Part shown: piece by piece, positions 26,601 to 41,600 of the stretch
Layout of the letters: each line of letters opens with the position of its first letter
Numbering within the stretch: position 1 is the first letter of the stretch
NCBI GenBank assembly: GCA_030390025.1
Contig: CM059431.1
Coordinates: 157,792,001 to 157,856,000 of the forward strand
DNA: 64,000 nt
Direction of reading: 5' to 3'
Source: Squalus acanthias
Taxonomy: Eukaryota
Notes under the pieces: generated by a model
What the model saw: the letters and a program-made list of their open reading frames with translations, nothing else
Told to the model about the DNA's origin: nothing
The model's database searches: none
Made by a program: the position numbers and the translations under genes

Positions 26601-29600
26601 GTGAATATGCTCAACTGAAATAGGGCTTACTTCAGTGAGCTGTAAACGGATCAGTTGAATTGGAAACAAAGATTGGCAGATAAAAGCGTAAATGAGTAAT
26701 GGGAGGCCTTCAAAGAGGAGATATCACAGGTACAGACCAGACACGTTCCTATGAGGGGGAAGGAAAGGCATTCAAAGCTAGAGCGCCCTGGATTACTAAA
26801 GATATAGAGGTTAAACTTAAACAAAAAAGTTGGCTTATAATAAATGTCATATTCATAACACAATGGAGAGAATCAAGAAGCATACAGAAAGTGCAGAGGA
26901 GAACTGAAACCGGAAATATGAGGGCCTAAGAGACTGTATGAGAAAATATCATCGGTTAAAATAAAGGGGAATACTATAGTCATTTATAAATATTTAAATA
27001 GTAAAAGTTTAATCAAACGAATGCTGGGGCCGAATAAGGACCAAAAACGAGATCTCTTTGTGGAGCCAAAGGGCATGGCTGAGGAACTAAATTAATGCGT
27101 TGCATCTGTCTTCACAAAGCAAGAGCGTGCTGCCTATGTCACAGTAAACGAAGAGATAATAGAGAAATTGGATACGTTGCAAATAGGTAAAGGGGAGGCA
27201 CTTAAATTATTGGCAGCACTCAAAGTATAAACTCCACCCTCTCCGGATGAAATTAATCCTCAGTTGCTGAGGGATGTAAGGGTGGAAATTTTCGTTTTGC
27301 AAGCTACAATTATCCAATCCTCCGTGGACATGTGAGTGGTGCCAGAGGACTGGAGAGTTGCCAATGTCACACCTCTGTTCAAAACAGAGGAGAGGAAAAG
27401 CAACTGCAGGCCAGTCGGCCTAATGTCGGTGGTGGAGCAACTGCTAGACAATCATACAGGGCAAAATTGTCACTTGGAAAGACATATGTTAATAAATTAC
27501 AGCCAGCACCAGGGATGAGGGTCTTCAGTTACATGGACGGGATGGAACTGTCTGTTTGACACCCCTTATCTAGATGCATAATTGGGGCACTTTCAGTAAT
27601 TCTTTGGTATCCCGTGATGAGAAATTGTCTGGTTTGGTTAGTATTCAGATTCCAATTTTTCCTACTACTTGTTTGGAAAAGTTAGGAACGTTCTCATTGG
27701 AACAAAGAAGGTGACCTAATAGGGGTTTTAAAGATGATGAGATGATTTGATAGAGTCGATAGAGAAAAAACTATTCCCTCTGGTAAGAAGTTCAATAACC
27801 AGAGGTCATATATATAAAATCACTGAAAAAGATCTCGAGGGAGGACGAGGACAATTGTTCTCACTGAGAGTTGTCAGGATTAGGAACGCTCTACCTGAAA
27901 AGATGGTGGAAGCTGATTACACAAATAATTTTAAAGGGAGTTGGACAGGAACTTGAGAATGAGGAACTTACAGGGCTATGGACAAAAGGTTGGAATTCGG
28001 GACTAAGCAGGACTGTTATTTCAAAGAGTCTGCAGAGACACGACGCGTCAAATGGTATCCGTCTGTGCTATATGTTTCTGTAATTCTACTAATTATAGCT
28101 GTTTAATTCGCTTGAATATCCTGAGGATCTTCATAGAACAACAATTTGATTTTGCTCTGGTATCTGAATCAATATAAATTGGATCATTCTATTCAGTTGA
28201 TCCGACACTCCCCACAGGTTTTTTTGGATGGTTTGCGCTGTTTGGGTCCAATACTTGTTCACTGGTTTAGCATTTTCTAAAAAAATATATTTCCTTTACC
28301 ACGCAGATAATTTTTTACCCTCTCACAGTTCCTCGATATACTTTAAGTAGTTTGTAGGTCAATCAACTCATGAATTCCATCCAAATTCCATTAGTTGATT
28401 CCCGCCTCTGTTTCCCAGTGCTACTACAATTCTTGGATCCCTTTGAGTTCAGCCCACGAAGGGTTATATCGCTCCCGGTACCCTGTCCTTTCTTTGTACA
28501 GACACTGACTGATCTGCTGGGTATTTTAACATTCGTGTTGTTGTTTCATATTTACACCATTAACAGTTAGAATCATTTCTTTCCTATTTGATCTGTTTCT
28601 CTTCACTAACATTCTGTGATTCTAAGATCTGATATCCTGTCAGTACTTTGATATTTAAATAATCCAAACTCATTCTGTGTCCCTCCCACTTACCCGATGT
28701 TCTTGTCCACTGAAATGCCTCTCGTATGTTAACAACGAGCTGACTCCGTCCACCCCTCCTTCAATCGCCTGTTCCAGTCTGTCCCGGTAGAATTTCGTCA
28801 ACTGGAACAGATGGAAATCGTTGCACTCTGTCAAGAACTCAGTGATTGTAGAGTTCGGAACTATGAACACAAATGGGGAAAACTAAACACATTATTCACT
28901 TTATATCCAAGCTGCAACATTTCCTCTTATTCCAGACGGCTGAAGCCTCCTGTGAGCCACATCGAACACCTTGTGAAAAACCATATAAAACGCACTTGCT
29001 ACATCCCGTCGATCTACATAGTGAATTCTTTAAAAACAGTGTTTAAATTTCTCAAACACGACTACTAATCCGTGCCAGCCTCCCCTGATCACCCCCTCTC
29101 AACGCTCACTAATTCAGACTTCAATTACAAATTCGAGCAGTCTGCTCTCGACTGCCATAGACTAGCTAATCCAGTTACCCGATTTTCCGCTCTCCACCAT
29201 TGTTGAACAGACGTTACTTGGGCTCCTTCAGCGATCAAATATATAGTCTATATCTAAAGCGGATTGATAAATTATGCAGTCTCTTCCTATCTCCTCTGTG
29301 ACTTCCTTTAACATCCTGGAGTGCATTTTTTCTGGGACCATTGACTTATCCACATTGGCTATTTTTCTCAAATCCAAATCCTTCTCTACAGTTATCTCTA
29401 ACTATGCTCCCACATCCTCCTCTATTACACCAACATTCGCACTACCAATTCATGTTTAGAAACTAAATGAAATATATGATATCTCCTTAAAACGTCATCC
29501 TCCACAATTAGATTCCCCATTCATCCCGAGTCCTACAGCCTTGAATTATTATTTCACTTCTAATAAACGCTGATTTTTATATTATCCGGAGGCGTTGTCC

Positions 29601-32600
29601 CATATACCATTTTAACCACTCCGCCCTATCTCCCTTTCCAGCTTGCTACTACATATTCTACATTCCTAATGATTTCCTGCAGTATTGAGTGTTCTGGTCT
29701 GATTTTGGGACAGATACAAACCAGCTATTAATACAGCCACCCACAACAATGTTCTCGCTCTGCTGAAAATGTTCTAACCGGAAGCATTTCTCTCCTAGTC
29801 CTGTACAATCATTGCATATATACTGGACCCCATCAGTCTTGCTTTTAACTTTCATATGTGTTTGGAACGATTTTTACATTCACACACGTAAAATTCAGTC
29901 GATGTTATTTTTAATGCTCATCCTCCTTTGTTTCGCTTTTGAAAAAATACGCAAAATGACTTTATCACTCATTGCTTCAAAATCCTCCTCCTTCTTTCCT
30001 GGTAATATCTTTACACTATTTCATAACTCTGCTGATCCTGCTCCAAAAAAGTTGTATTAATTACAATCCCTATTCTCAGATCCGGATTTCCCTAAATGCC
30101 GGTCATATCAACTGATTCTCTTCCGCCTGCTGCATCCACCTTTACTGAAAACCATTATTAATGGTCTGTTCAGATCGCAGCCGTCCCTTCCCTTTTCCCC
30201 GAACACACTGTAATGTCCCAACAACGTGAACCCTTACGTGCTGTTCCAGCACTGCAGTCACACATTGGCCTGCCTCCTTAAGCAGCCCAGTGCAAAGAAA
30301 TCCAGAGATCACCAACTTGATGCCTTGTTTTTAAATCTATTGTCTGACTTTCAATTCCCTCAATATTTTCCTCAAACCAGGGCAGCGTACTGGCGGAACT
30401 ATCTCAAGCTGATTCACCTTCGCTCCATCATAAGGTCAGAGGTGGGGCTGCTCATTGATGATTGCTCAGTGTCTTTGCCTCTGTTGGCAATTCCTCAGAT
30501 AATGAAACAGTCCATGCCCGCATGCAGCAAAACTTGGATAATACCGAGGTTTGGGCTGATAACTGGCAAATAATATTCGAACCACACAAGTGTCAGGCAT
30601 TGATCATTTTTTAATTCATTCCTGGGATGTGGGCGTCGCTGGCAAGGCCAGCATTTATTAACTATCCCTAATTGACATTGATGTGGAGGCGGTGAGAAAC
30701 CTTGAACCGCTGCTGTCCCTGTGGTGAAGGTACTCTCACAGTGCTGTTACTGACGGATTTCCATGATTTTGACCAAGCGACGATGAAGGAACGGCGATAT
30801 ACTTCCAAGTCAGGATGGCGTTTGATTGAGGGAAATAGGTGATAGTGTTTCTATGCGGCGGCTACAATTTTCCTTCTAGGTGGTGGAGGTAGCAGGTTTG
30901 GGAGGTGCTACCGAAAAAGCATTGGCCAGTTGCTGCAGTGCACCTTGTAGATGGTACACACTGCATAAATGGTGCGCCGATGGTGGAGGGAGTGAATGTT
31001 TATGATGGTAGATGCGGTGCCAATGAAGCGGGCTGCTTTCTCCTGGATGGTGTCGAGCTTCTTGAGTGTTGTTGGAGCTGCACTCATCCGGCCAAGTGGA
31101 GCGTATTCCATCACACTCCTTACTTGTGCCTTGTAGATGGTGGAAAGGCTTTGGGGAGTCAGGAGGTGAGACACTCGCCACAGAAATTCCAGCCTCTGAC
31201 CTTCTCTTGTAGCCACATTGTTTATATGGCTGGCCCAGTTAAATTTCTAGTCAATGATGTGCCCCAGGATATTGCTGGTTGGGGATTCAGCGATGGTAAT
31301 GCCGTTAAATGTTAAGGGCAGTAGTTAGAATCTCGCTTGTTGGAGATAGTCATTGATTGTCACTTCTGGGACCCGAATATTACTTGTCACATATCAGGCC
31401 AAGCCTAAATGTTGTCAAGATCTTGCTGCATGCGGACATGGGCTGCTTCATTATCTGAGTAGTTGCGAATGGAACTGAACACTGTGCAATCATCAGCGAA
31501 CATCCCCATTTTTGACATTATGATGGGGGGAAGATCATTAAATGAAGCAGTTGTAGATGTTTGAGTCTAGGACACTGCCCTGAGGACCTCCTGCAGCGAT
31601 TTCCTGGGGCTGTGATGATTAGCCTCCAAAAACCTCAACCATCTTCCTTTGTGCTAGCTATGACTGCAGCTCGTGGAGAGATTTCCCCGATTCCCATTCA
31701 CTTCTATTTTACTAGGTCTCCTTGACACCACACTCGGTCAAATGCTTCCTTGATGTCAAGGGCAGTCACTCTCACCTCATCTCTGGAATTCAGCTCCTTT
31801 GAACAAAGGCTGTAATCAGGTCTGGAGCCGAGTTGTCTTGGCAGAACCCAAACTGGGCATCACTGAGCAGGTTATTGGCGAGTAAGAGGCGCTTAATAGC
31901 ACTGTCGACGACACCTTCCATCACTTTGCTGATCATTGCGAGTAGACTGATGGGATGGTAAGTGGCAGAATTGGATTTGTCCTGCTTTTTGTGGACAGGA
32001 CATACCTGGCCAGTTTTCCACATTCTCGGTTAGATGCTAATGTTGTAGCTGTACTGGAACAGCTTAGCTAGAGGTGCGGCTAGTTGTGGAGCACAAGTCG
32101 TCAGCACGACAGCCGGGATGTTGTCGGGGCTCATAGCCTTTGATGTATCCAGTGCGCTCAGCCGTTTCTTGAAATCACGTGGAGTGAATGAAATTGCCTG
32201 AAGACTGGTTTCTGTGATGGTGGCGACCTCCGGAGGAGGCTGAAGATGGTTGCGAACACTTCAGCCTTGTCTTTTGCACTTCCGCGCTGGGCTACTCCAT
32301 CATTGAGGATGGGGATATTCATGGAGCCTCCTCCTTCTGATAATTGTTGAATTGTCCACCACCATTCACGACGGATGTGGCAGGACTGCAGAGCTTTGGT
32401 CTGATCCGCTGGTTGTTGAATCGATTAGTTATGTCTGTAGCATGCTGCTTCTGCTGTTTAGCATGCAAGTAGTCCTGTGTTGCAGCATCCCCAGGTTGGC
32501 ACCTCATTTTTAGGTACTCAAGCTATTGCTCCTGGCAAACTCTTCTGCACTCTTCATTGAACCAGGTTTGGTCCCCTGGCTTGATGATAATGGCAAAGTG

Positions 32601-35600
32601 AGGGATATGCCGGGCCATGAGGTTACAGATTGTCATGAAGTACAATTCTGCTGCTGCTGATGTCCCACAGAGCCTCATGGATACCCAGTTTTGAGCTCCT
32701 AGATCCGTTCTCAATCTATCCCATTTAGCACATTGGTAGTGCCACACAACACGATGGAGGGTGTCCTCAGTGTGAGGATGGGACTTCGTCTCCACAATGA
32801 CTATGCGATAGTCACTGCTACCAATACTGTCATGGACAGATGCATCTGCGACAGGTAGATTGGTGAGGCCGAATTCCATTAGGTTTTTCGCTCGTGTTGG
32901 TTCTTTCACCATCTGCCACAGGCCCAGCCTGACATCTACGTCCTTCAGGACAAGGCCAGCAGTGGCGCTACCGAGCCACTCTTGATGATGGACATTGAAG
33001 ACCCCACCCAGATTACATTCTGTGCCCTTGGTAATCTCAGTGCTTCATGCAAGTGGTTTTCAACATGGAGAAGTACTGATTCATCAGCTGAGGGAGGGCG
33101 GTAGATGGTAATCGCCAGGAGGTTTCCTTGCCCATGCTTGACCTGTGCCATGAGATTTCGTGGGGTCTGGAGTCAATGTCCAATTCTCCTCGGACCACTC
33201 CTTCCTGACTGTATACCAATGTACCGCCTCATCTGGTGATGATGGTGGATTCTGGGTTATTGGCTGAAAGCTATGATTCTGTGAGTATGACTATATCAGG
33301 CTTTTGGTTGCCTATTCTGTGGGACAGCTCTCCAAATTTTGACACACTTCCCCAGATGTTAATGAGGCGGACTTTGCAAGGTCGACTGGGCTCGTTGTGC
33401 AATTTTCGCATCCAAAGCCAGTGCCGAGGTCGATGCTGTGTGGTCCGTCCGTTTTTGTTCTTCTTTTTATTGTTTTCTGTAGCGGTTTGTTGAAACTGAG
33501 TGGCTTGTTAGGGCATTTCAGAGGGCAGTTGGGAGTCACGTATACGCCAGAGCAGCTATGGACAGCAGAGTTCCTTCCCTAAAAGTCGTTCGTCAACCAG
33601 ATGTTTTTTTACGACAATCCGGCCGTTTCGTGGTCACCATTACTGATCGTAGCTTTTTATTTCAGATTTATTTAATTAGCTGAATTTAAATTCTCCAGTT
33701 GCAGATGACTCGTCCAGTAACATAATCATTATGCTACCTTTCCCTTGTCATCTCCATGTCCTCAACCACATTCCCATGAGAGTCAACGACATTACCATCG
33801 CCAAGTCCCCCACATCATCCAATAATTGTACTGGATCAGCCACATAAAAAGCGTATCTACTGGAGCAGGCCAGAGGCTGGGTATTCTGTCTCGAGTGGCT
33901 CACCTCCTCATCCCAAATTCTTTACCCCGCCTACTAGGCACGTCAGGTTGGAATACTCTCCATTTGTCTGGACGAGTGCAATTGCAACGACACTCATGAA
34001 GCTCGACACAATTCAGTATAAAACATTCTGCCTGATCAGCACCCCATCCATTGGGTTAAATATTCACACCCTCCACCACTGGCGTACCGTGGCTACAGTG
34101 TGCTGTCTACAGATGCACTCAAGTAACTCGCCAAGCCATCATTTGACAGCACCACCCAAACCCACGACATTTAACATTAGAAGGACGAGGGAAGCAGGTG
34201 CAAGGGAACACCATCACCTCCAGGTTCCCCTTAAAATAACACAACATTTTAAGTTGGACAGTGGACATCACTGCTTCTTCATTGTCGCTGAAAATCTCAA
34301 CCTTGGAACTCCCTACCTAAAAGCATTGAAGGAGCACCTTCACCATGTGGACTGCAGCGATTCAAGAAGGTAGCCTACCACCACCTATTCAAGGACAACC
34401 AGGAATGGACAATAAATGCTGAACTTGCCAGTAACACTCGCAACTTGAACATTAAAAAAAAATCTATTTCAAGTTGTGTTATTGGTTTTGACCGGAAATA
34501 TTTTCTGCTCTCCTTGCCTTTCCAGAAAAGGTCACACCCGTTCTAACATTTATTTCCATCTGGCACCAGAAGTTGTGTATTCCCCAAACTATCGAATCAG
34601 ACACTTTTATCGTTCTCCTATTCTTTTTGGTAAATTGCTCTGAACCTCTTGCCCCCCAACACTCGAGGTGGCCTCCTGCTCCCTGGTGTCACACTGTTGT
34701 TTAGGAAGACATTCCTCTGAGTCACTGTCTCTATCCACCTTATAGTCCCCAATACCAGGCATCTATTGGACAGTTCCAGTGCTCAGAGGCTCACTCCACC
34801 TGTGACTGCAGTGCCCCTCTAGATGTTCACTCACTTCCCGCTTTGGACTCAGCACCTGCCCAGTTCCATGAGGTGATTTCATTGAAACATAAAATTCTTA
34901 AGGAGCTTGACAGCGTAGCTGCTGGCAGGATGTTTCCACTGCCTGGCGAGTCTAGTACTAGGGGTCAGAGTCAAAGAATAAGGGGGTCAGACATTTAGGA
35001 CTAAAGCGAGGAGAAATATCTTCACTCAAATAGTTGCGAATCTTTGAATTCTCTACCACAGATAATGTGGATGCCCAGTTGTTGACTATTTTCAAGACAA
35101 AGATCGATAGATTATTGGATACTAATTAGAGAGCTGGCTCGAAGGGTCGAATGACGTATTACTATTTCTTATAATAAGTTTCCTCTTCCTGTGTGACCTC
35201 AGGCTCTTGCACGAGATCTGTACCTTGGGTCAGAGCGATCATAACATGATCGATTTCTCACTCGAAATAGAGAGCGAAGAAATTGACTCAGATACTAAGG
35301 TCCTGAATTTAAACAAGGGGAATTATGATGCCATTAGACGGGAACTGAGTAGGTCTGATTGGACAACGTTCCTGGGAGGACTGGAGGTAGATAAACAATG
35401 GCAAGCATTTAAAGATAGAATGACAAAATTGCAAAAATTGTTCATACCAATCTGGCATAAAAGGAAATCTAAAAAGGTGACTCAACCGTGGATAACAGGG
35501 GAAATTAGAGACAGCATAAAATCCAAAGATAGGGCGTATAAAATAGCCAAAAAAAGCGCCAGAGCGGAAGATTGGGAACAGTTTAAGATAGAGCAAAGGC

Positions 35601-38600
35601 GGACAAAGGGCTTAATCAAGAGGGGCAAAATAGCTTACGAAAGCAAGCTGGCGGAAAATATAAAAACTAACTCCAAAAGCTTTTATAAGTATATCAAGAG
35701 GAAAAGACTGGTGAAAACCAAAGTTGGCCCATTGCAGTCAGATACGGGGGAATATATAACGGGAAATAAGGAAATGGCAGACCAACTAAATGCATACTTT
35801 GGGTCAGTCTTTACGAAGGAAGACACAAAAAACCTCCCTGGGATATCGGGAAAAATAGGGACATTTGCAAAGGAGGAACTGACGCAAATCAATATCTCTA
35901 AGGATATGGTGTTAAGGAAGCTAAAGGGATTGAAGGCGGACAAATCCCCAGGGCCTGATAACATGCATCCTAGGGTGCTGAAGGAGGTGGCCCTAGAGAT
36001 AGCGGATGCACTAAGTATGATTTTTCAGAATTCATTAGACTCGGGAACAGTGCCCATGGATTGGAGGGTAGCTAACGTTACCCCACTATTCAAAAAGGGG
36101 GGTAGGGAAAAATCAGGTAATTACAGACCTGTAAGCCTTACATCAGTTGTGGGCAAAATGCTGGAGTCCATCATTAAGGATGAAATAGCGGAGCACTTAG
36201 CAAATGGGGACAGGATAGGACAGAGTCAACATGGATTTACAAAGGGTAAATCGTGCTTGACTAATCTATTGGAATTTTTTGAGGGAGTAACTGGTAAAAT
36301 AGATGGGGGAGAGCCAGTAGATGTGGTGTACCTGGACTTCCAAAAGGCCTTCGATAAGGTCCCACATAAAAGATTAGCAGGGAAAATTGAAGCTCATGGG
36401 ATAAAGGGGAAAGTATTGACGTGGATAGAGAACTGGCTGTCAGATAGAAAACAGAGAGTTGGAATAAACGGCTCATTTTCTGAATGGCAGGCAGTAACAA
36501 GTGGGGTACCGCAGGGATCTGTCCTGGGTCCCCAGCTGTTCACAATTTACATTAATGACCTGGATCAGGGAGTCGGATGCAGCATTTCCAAATTTGCAGA
36601 CGACACTAAACTAGGAGGGGGGGTGGGCTCAGAGGAGGAGACCAGGAAGCTCCAGAGCGATTTGGACAGACTGGGTGATTGGGCGGATAAATGGCAGATG
36701 CACTATAATGTGGACAAGTGCGAAGTTATCCACCTTGGGTGCAGGAACGGGAGGGCAAATTATTATTTAAATGGCAATAAATTGGGAGAGGGGGAAGTAC
36801 AGAGAGACCTGGGTGTTCTTGTACACCAGTCACTGAAGGCGAGCATGCAGGTGCAACAGGCGGTCAAGAAGGCAAACGGTATGCTGGCCTTCATAGCAAA
36901 AGGGTTGGAATACAGGAACAGGGATACCTTGCTGCAGCTGTACAGGGCACTGGTGAGACCACACCTCGAGTACTGTGTACAGTTTTGGTCGCCTCATCTG
37001 AGGAAAGATGTTCTTGCCATGGGTGGCGTGCAGCGGCGATTCACCAGGCTGATACCAGGAATGGCGGGATTGACCTATGAGGAGAGACTATGTAGTTTAG
37101 GGATGTACACACTGGAGTTTAGAAGATTGAGAGGGGACCTCATAGAAGTGTATAAAATTCTGACAGGTCTAGACAGACTAGATGCAGAAGGAATGTTTCC
37201 CTTGGCGGGTGAGAACAGAACTAGAGGACATAATTTAAGGATAAGGGCTAAACCATTTAGGACAGAAATGAGGGGGAATTTCTTCACTCAGAGGGTGGTG
37301 AACCTGTGGAACTCATTGCCACAGAGGGCAGTGTACGCCAGCTCATTAAATATATTTAAGAGGGAATTAGATATATTTCTACAGGCAAAAGGGGTTAAGG
37401 GTTACGGAGAGAAGGCGGGGACGGGATACTGAATTGGAGAATCAGCCATGATCTCATTAAATGGCGGAGCAGGCTCGAAGGGCCGGATGGCCTACTCCTG
37501 CTCCTATCTTCTATGTATCTATGTATCTATGTAAGGACAGAAATTATATTTAAAGAATATTGTGAACCCACCTGTGTCCATTCTCATTCTTGAAGATGTT
37601 GTATCTTCTCCCCTGTTTGGACCTTCAGCCATGCTGGTGGCAGGCGTTCCCAGATTCGGATGGTCTGTAATAAATATATTAATAGGAGGGTTAGACGGAA
37701 ACATTAAAATGAGAAGGAAACGATGCTTGGTTAAACATGATATCAGGTCCCTCCTCTCCCATCAGTACAACAGCTGTTAGCTCTGGGATCGAGCATTTCC
37801 CGAGTGTTACGGTTAACTCTCCACATCAGGTGTGACACAGACAGCTGCCCAGTGAAATCCAGTGAGTCCCGCTGATCTCCACAACCGAGTTCCAGACAGG
37901 CTCCCGTCGGCCGAGACTCTGCACTGGGAGTGTCCATTCGTGAGATTTACTCACATAGTGCAGGACAAAACCAGCCTTATTACTGAGGTAGAGAATATTC
38001 TGCAGGGAAATAACGAGCGGGTGATCATTGATGTATTCAATGATCCTTCACTAGGTTTTACAGTGTGGCAGTGTTGGATTATTTTTATTTACAGGTTGGT
38101 TTTTAATATTTTTGATTTGTTGTTTTTTGATATTAAATTCTGCTATTTTATGAAAATGATATCTATCCACCTACACAATATATAGCTGGTTGTGATCCCT
38201 CTAGTCTCTATGGGCAGTGACATTGTTCGTGTGTTCATGGAGATGTGTCCTGGTTGGTGTTTCTATATGAATATATTGATCATATCTCTCATGGTGTCAG
38301 CACCTGACTAATGAGCCCTTGCAATGTAGAATCATAGAAAGATAGAATCATAGAATGTTTACAGCACATATGGAGGCCATTCGGCCCGTCGAGCCCGTGC
38401 CGACTCTCTGCAAGAGCACTTCAGCTAGTCCCACCCCCCCCCGCCCTTTTCCCGCAGCCCTGAATTTTTTTTCCATCGGGTTCTAATGCAATTCCATTTT
38501 GAAAATCACGATTGAATCGGCCTCCACCACCGTTTCAGCCAGTGTATTCCAGATCCTAACCACTCGCTGCGTAAAAAAGTTTTTCCTCATGTCGCCTTTG

Positions 38601-41600
38601 ATTCCTCTGCCAATCCTCGTAAATCTCTGTCCTCTGGTTCTCGACCCTTCCGCCAATGGGAGCAGTTTCTCTCTATCTACGCTGTAAAGACCCCTCATGA
38701 ATTCGAACACCTCTGTCAAATCGCCTCTCAAACTTCTCTGCTCTAAGGCGAACAACCCTAGCTTCTCCAGTCTATCTATGTACCTGAAGTCCCTTATCCC
38801 TGGAACCATTCTCATAAATCTTCTGTGCACCTTCTCTAACGCCCACACATCCTTCCTAAAGTGCGATGCCCAGAATTGGACTCAATACTCCAGTTGAGGC
38901 CGAACCAGTTTTTGTATAAATGTTCATCATAACATCCTTGCGTTTGAACTCTATACCTCTATTTATGAACCCCGGGATCCGGCATGCTTATGTAACTGCT
39001 TTCTCAACATGACCTTCCACATTCAACGATTTGTTCACGTATAACCCAGGTCTCTCTGTTCATGCACACCCTTTAGAGCTGTACCCTTTAGTTTATATTA
39101 CCTCTCCTCGTTCTTCCAATCAGAATGTATAATTTCGCACTTTTCTGCAATAAATTTCATCTGCCACGTGGCCACTCATTCCCTCAGCCTGTCTATGTCC
39201 TCTGCAAATCTATCAATCTCCTCTCACTGTTCGCTGTACCTACAAGTTTTGTGTTATCTGCAAAATTTTGAAACTGTGCCCTGTACAACTAAGTCTAAGT
39301 CATTAATATTTATCAAGAAAAGCAGTGGTCCTATTACCAACCCCTGGGGAACACCACTGTGTTCCTTCCTCCATTCCGGAACACAAACGTTCACCACTAC
39401 TCCCTGTTTCCTATCACTTCGCCAATTTCGTATTCATGCTGCTACTGTCATAAGAACATAAGAACATAAGAAATAGGAGCAGGAGTAGGCCAATCGGCCC
39501 CTCGAGCCTGCTCCGCCATTCAATAAGATCATGGCTGATCTGATCCTAACCGCCAATCTACTATCTATCACAGAACCATCTCCTGCATCTAACAGAATTT
39601 TATTCCAGGGGCTTCAACTTTGCTGCCAAGCCTATTATGTGATACTTTAGCAAACGCCTTTTGGAAGTCCATGTACACCACATCAACCACATTGCCCTCA
39701 TCAACCCTCTCTGTTACCTCATCAAAAAGCTCAATCAAGTGATTAAACACTATTTGCCTTTAACAAATTTGTGCTGGCTTTCCTTAATTAATCTTACTTT
39801 TCCAAGTGACTGTTAATTTTGCCCCGGATTATCGTTTCTAAAAGCTTCCCCACTACCGAGGTTAAACTGACTGGTCTGTCGTTGCTGGGTTTATCCTTAC
39901 ACCCTTTTTTGAACAAGTGTGTAACATTTGCAATTCTCCAGTCCTCTGGCACCAGCCCCGTATCCAAGGACGATTGGAAGATATGCAAGATTATGTACAT
40001 CCGCAATTTCCACCCTTACCTCCCATAGCATCCTAATATGTATCCCAACCGGTCCTGGTGAATTATCTACTTTAAGTACAGCCAACCTTTCTAGTAACTT
40101 TCCTTATCTAATTTTATCCTATCCAGTATCTCAAATGCCTACTCTTTCACTATGAGTTTGGCAGCATCTTCTTCCTTGGTAAAGATACAAGCAAAATACT
40201 GATTTAGTACCTCAGCAATTCCCTCTGTCTCCATCCGTAGGTCTCCATTTTTGTCCCTAGTCGGCCCCACCCATCCTCTTACTACCTTTTTATTATTTAT
40301 ATGTCTATAGAATACTTTTGGATTTCCTTTTATGTTACCTGCCAGTCTATTTTCATAATCTCTCTTTGCCCCTCTTATTTCCTTTTTCGCTTCGCCTCTG
40401 AACTTTCTATATTTAGCCTGGTTCAACCTGACATCCTTTTTCTGCTTCATCTTACTCTGTCTCTTTCGTCATCCAGAGAGCTCTGCTTTTGGTTGCCCTA
40501 CCTTCCTCCCCCCCCCCCCGACCCGTGGGAATTTACCTCGACTGTTACCGAACCATCTCCTCTTTAAACGCAGCCCATTGTTCGATTACAATTTTGTCTG
40601 CCAATATTTGATTCCAATTTACCCGGGCCAAATCCAATTTTTACTCTAGGCTGCACTTTGTCATTTTACACAGCTAATCTAAACCTTATGATACTGTGAT
40701 CACTGATCGCTAAATGTTCCCCTACTGACACTTGCTCCACTTGACCCCCCTCATTCCCCAAAACCAGATCCAGCAATGCCTCCTTCCTCGTTGGGTCGGA
40801 AACGTACTAATCAAAAAAGTTCTCCTGGACACACTTCAGACATTCTTCCCCCTCTCTGTCCTTTTCACTATTTCTATCCCAGTCTATATTAGGATAATTA
40901 AGTCCCCCATTATCACTACTATAAGTGGTAGATTTGAATGCTATTTTACAGTGAATATTCTCCACTTATCCACGTGTCTCGCTGTGAGTTTGCCCAAGCA
41001 CGTGAGTCCAGTCAAACTATCAGTCAGCGTCCTTTCCTTTCCCCACTGTGGAAATGTAAAAGTGATCCAGTTTAGGATCAGTAAATTATCCAAAATATAG
41101 TTGAAGTTATTCTCCAGAATTAAGCTGTAACCATGTTTGAAACCTTTTAAGATTCAGTTATCTGCTGTGTCACTCACGCTGGCACGAGTACAATAAACTC
41201 ACAACAACAACATCTTACATTTCTGCAGCGCTTTTAACATCTAAAAACATCGCAAGGCGCCTCACAGGAGCTGAATCAGACAAAAGGTGGACGCTGAATA
41301 AAGTGGGTAGAAAGAAGGCTGGTCAAAGATTAATCAAATAAGAGAGTTTTAGGAGTGTCTTAAAGGAGGAAGGAGGAGGAGATTGTTAGGTGGGGAATTG
41401 ATAAGCATTGAGCCGGGACAGCCGAAGGCACAGCCTCCATAGATGGGGGGAGGAGAATGAAATGCACAAGAGGCCAGAGTCGGAGGAACAGAGAGTTTGG
41501 GGATTGTAGGTCAGGAGGAGGTTAGAGAGAGAGCGAGCAATGATCCCATTGAGGGAGTTAAACTCGACGATGGGAGTTTTCATTTGGATGTGTCGAGGGA

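Noticed and set aside
35207..37432. 741-aa RT ORF as a domesticated host gene or autonomous element
   Set aside because: It is 5'-truncated (no ORF1, most APE missing), has a non-ATG start outside the element, and has a near-identical dispersed copy; this is a recent insertion.
37550..38320. Possible very old Penelope GIY-YIG remnant on the minus strand (NILYL...YVSKS, SHFN)
   Set aside because: Only scattered short motif resemblances; needs a profile search.
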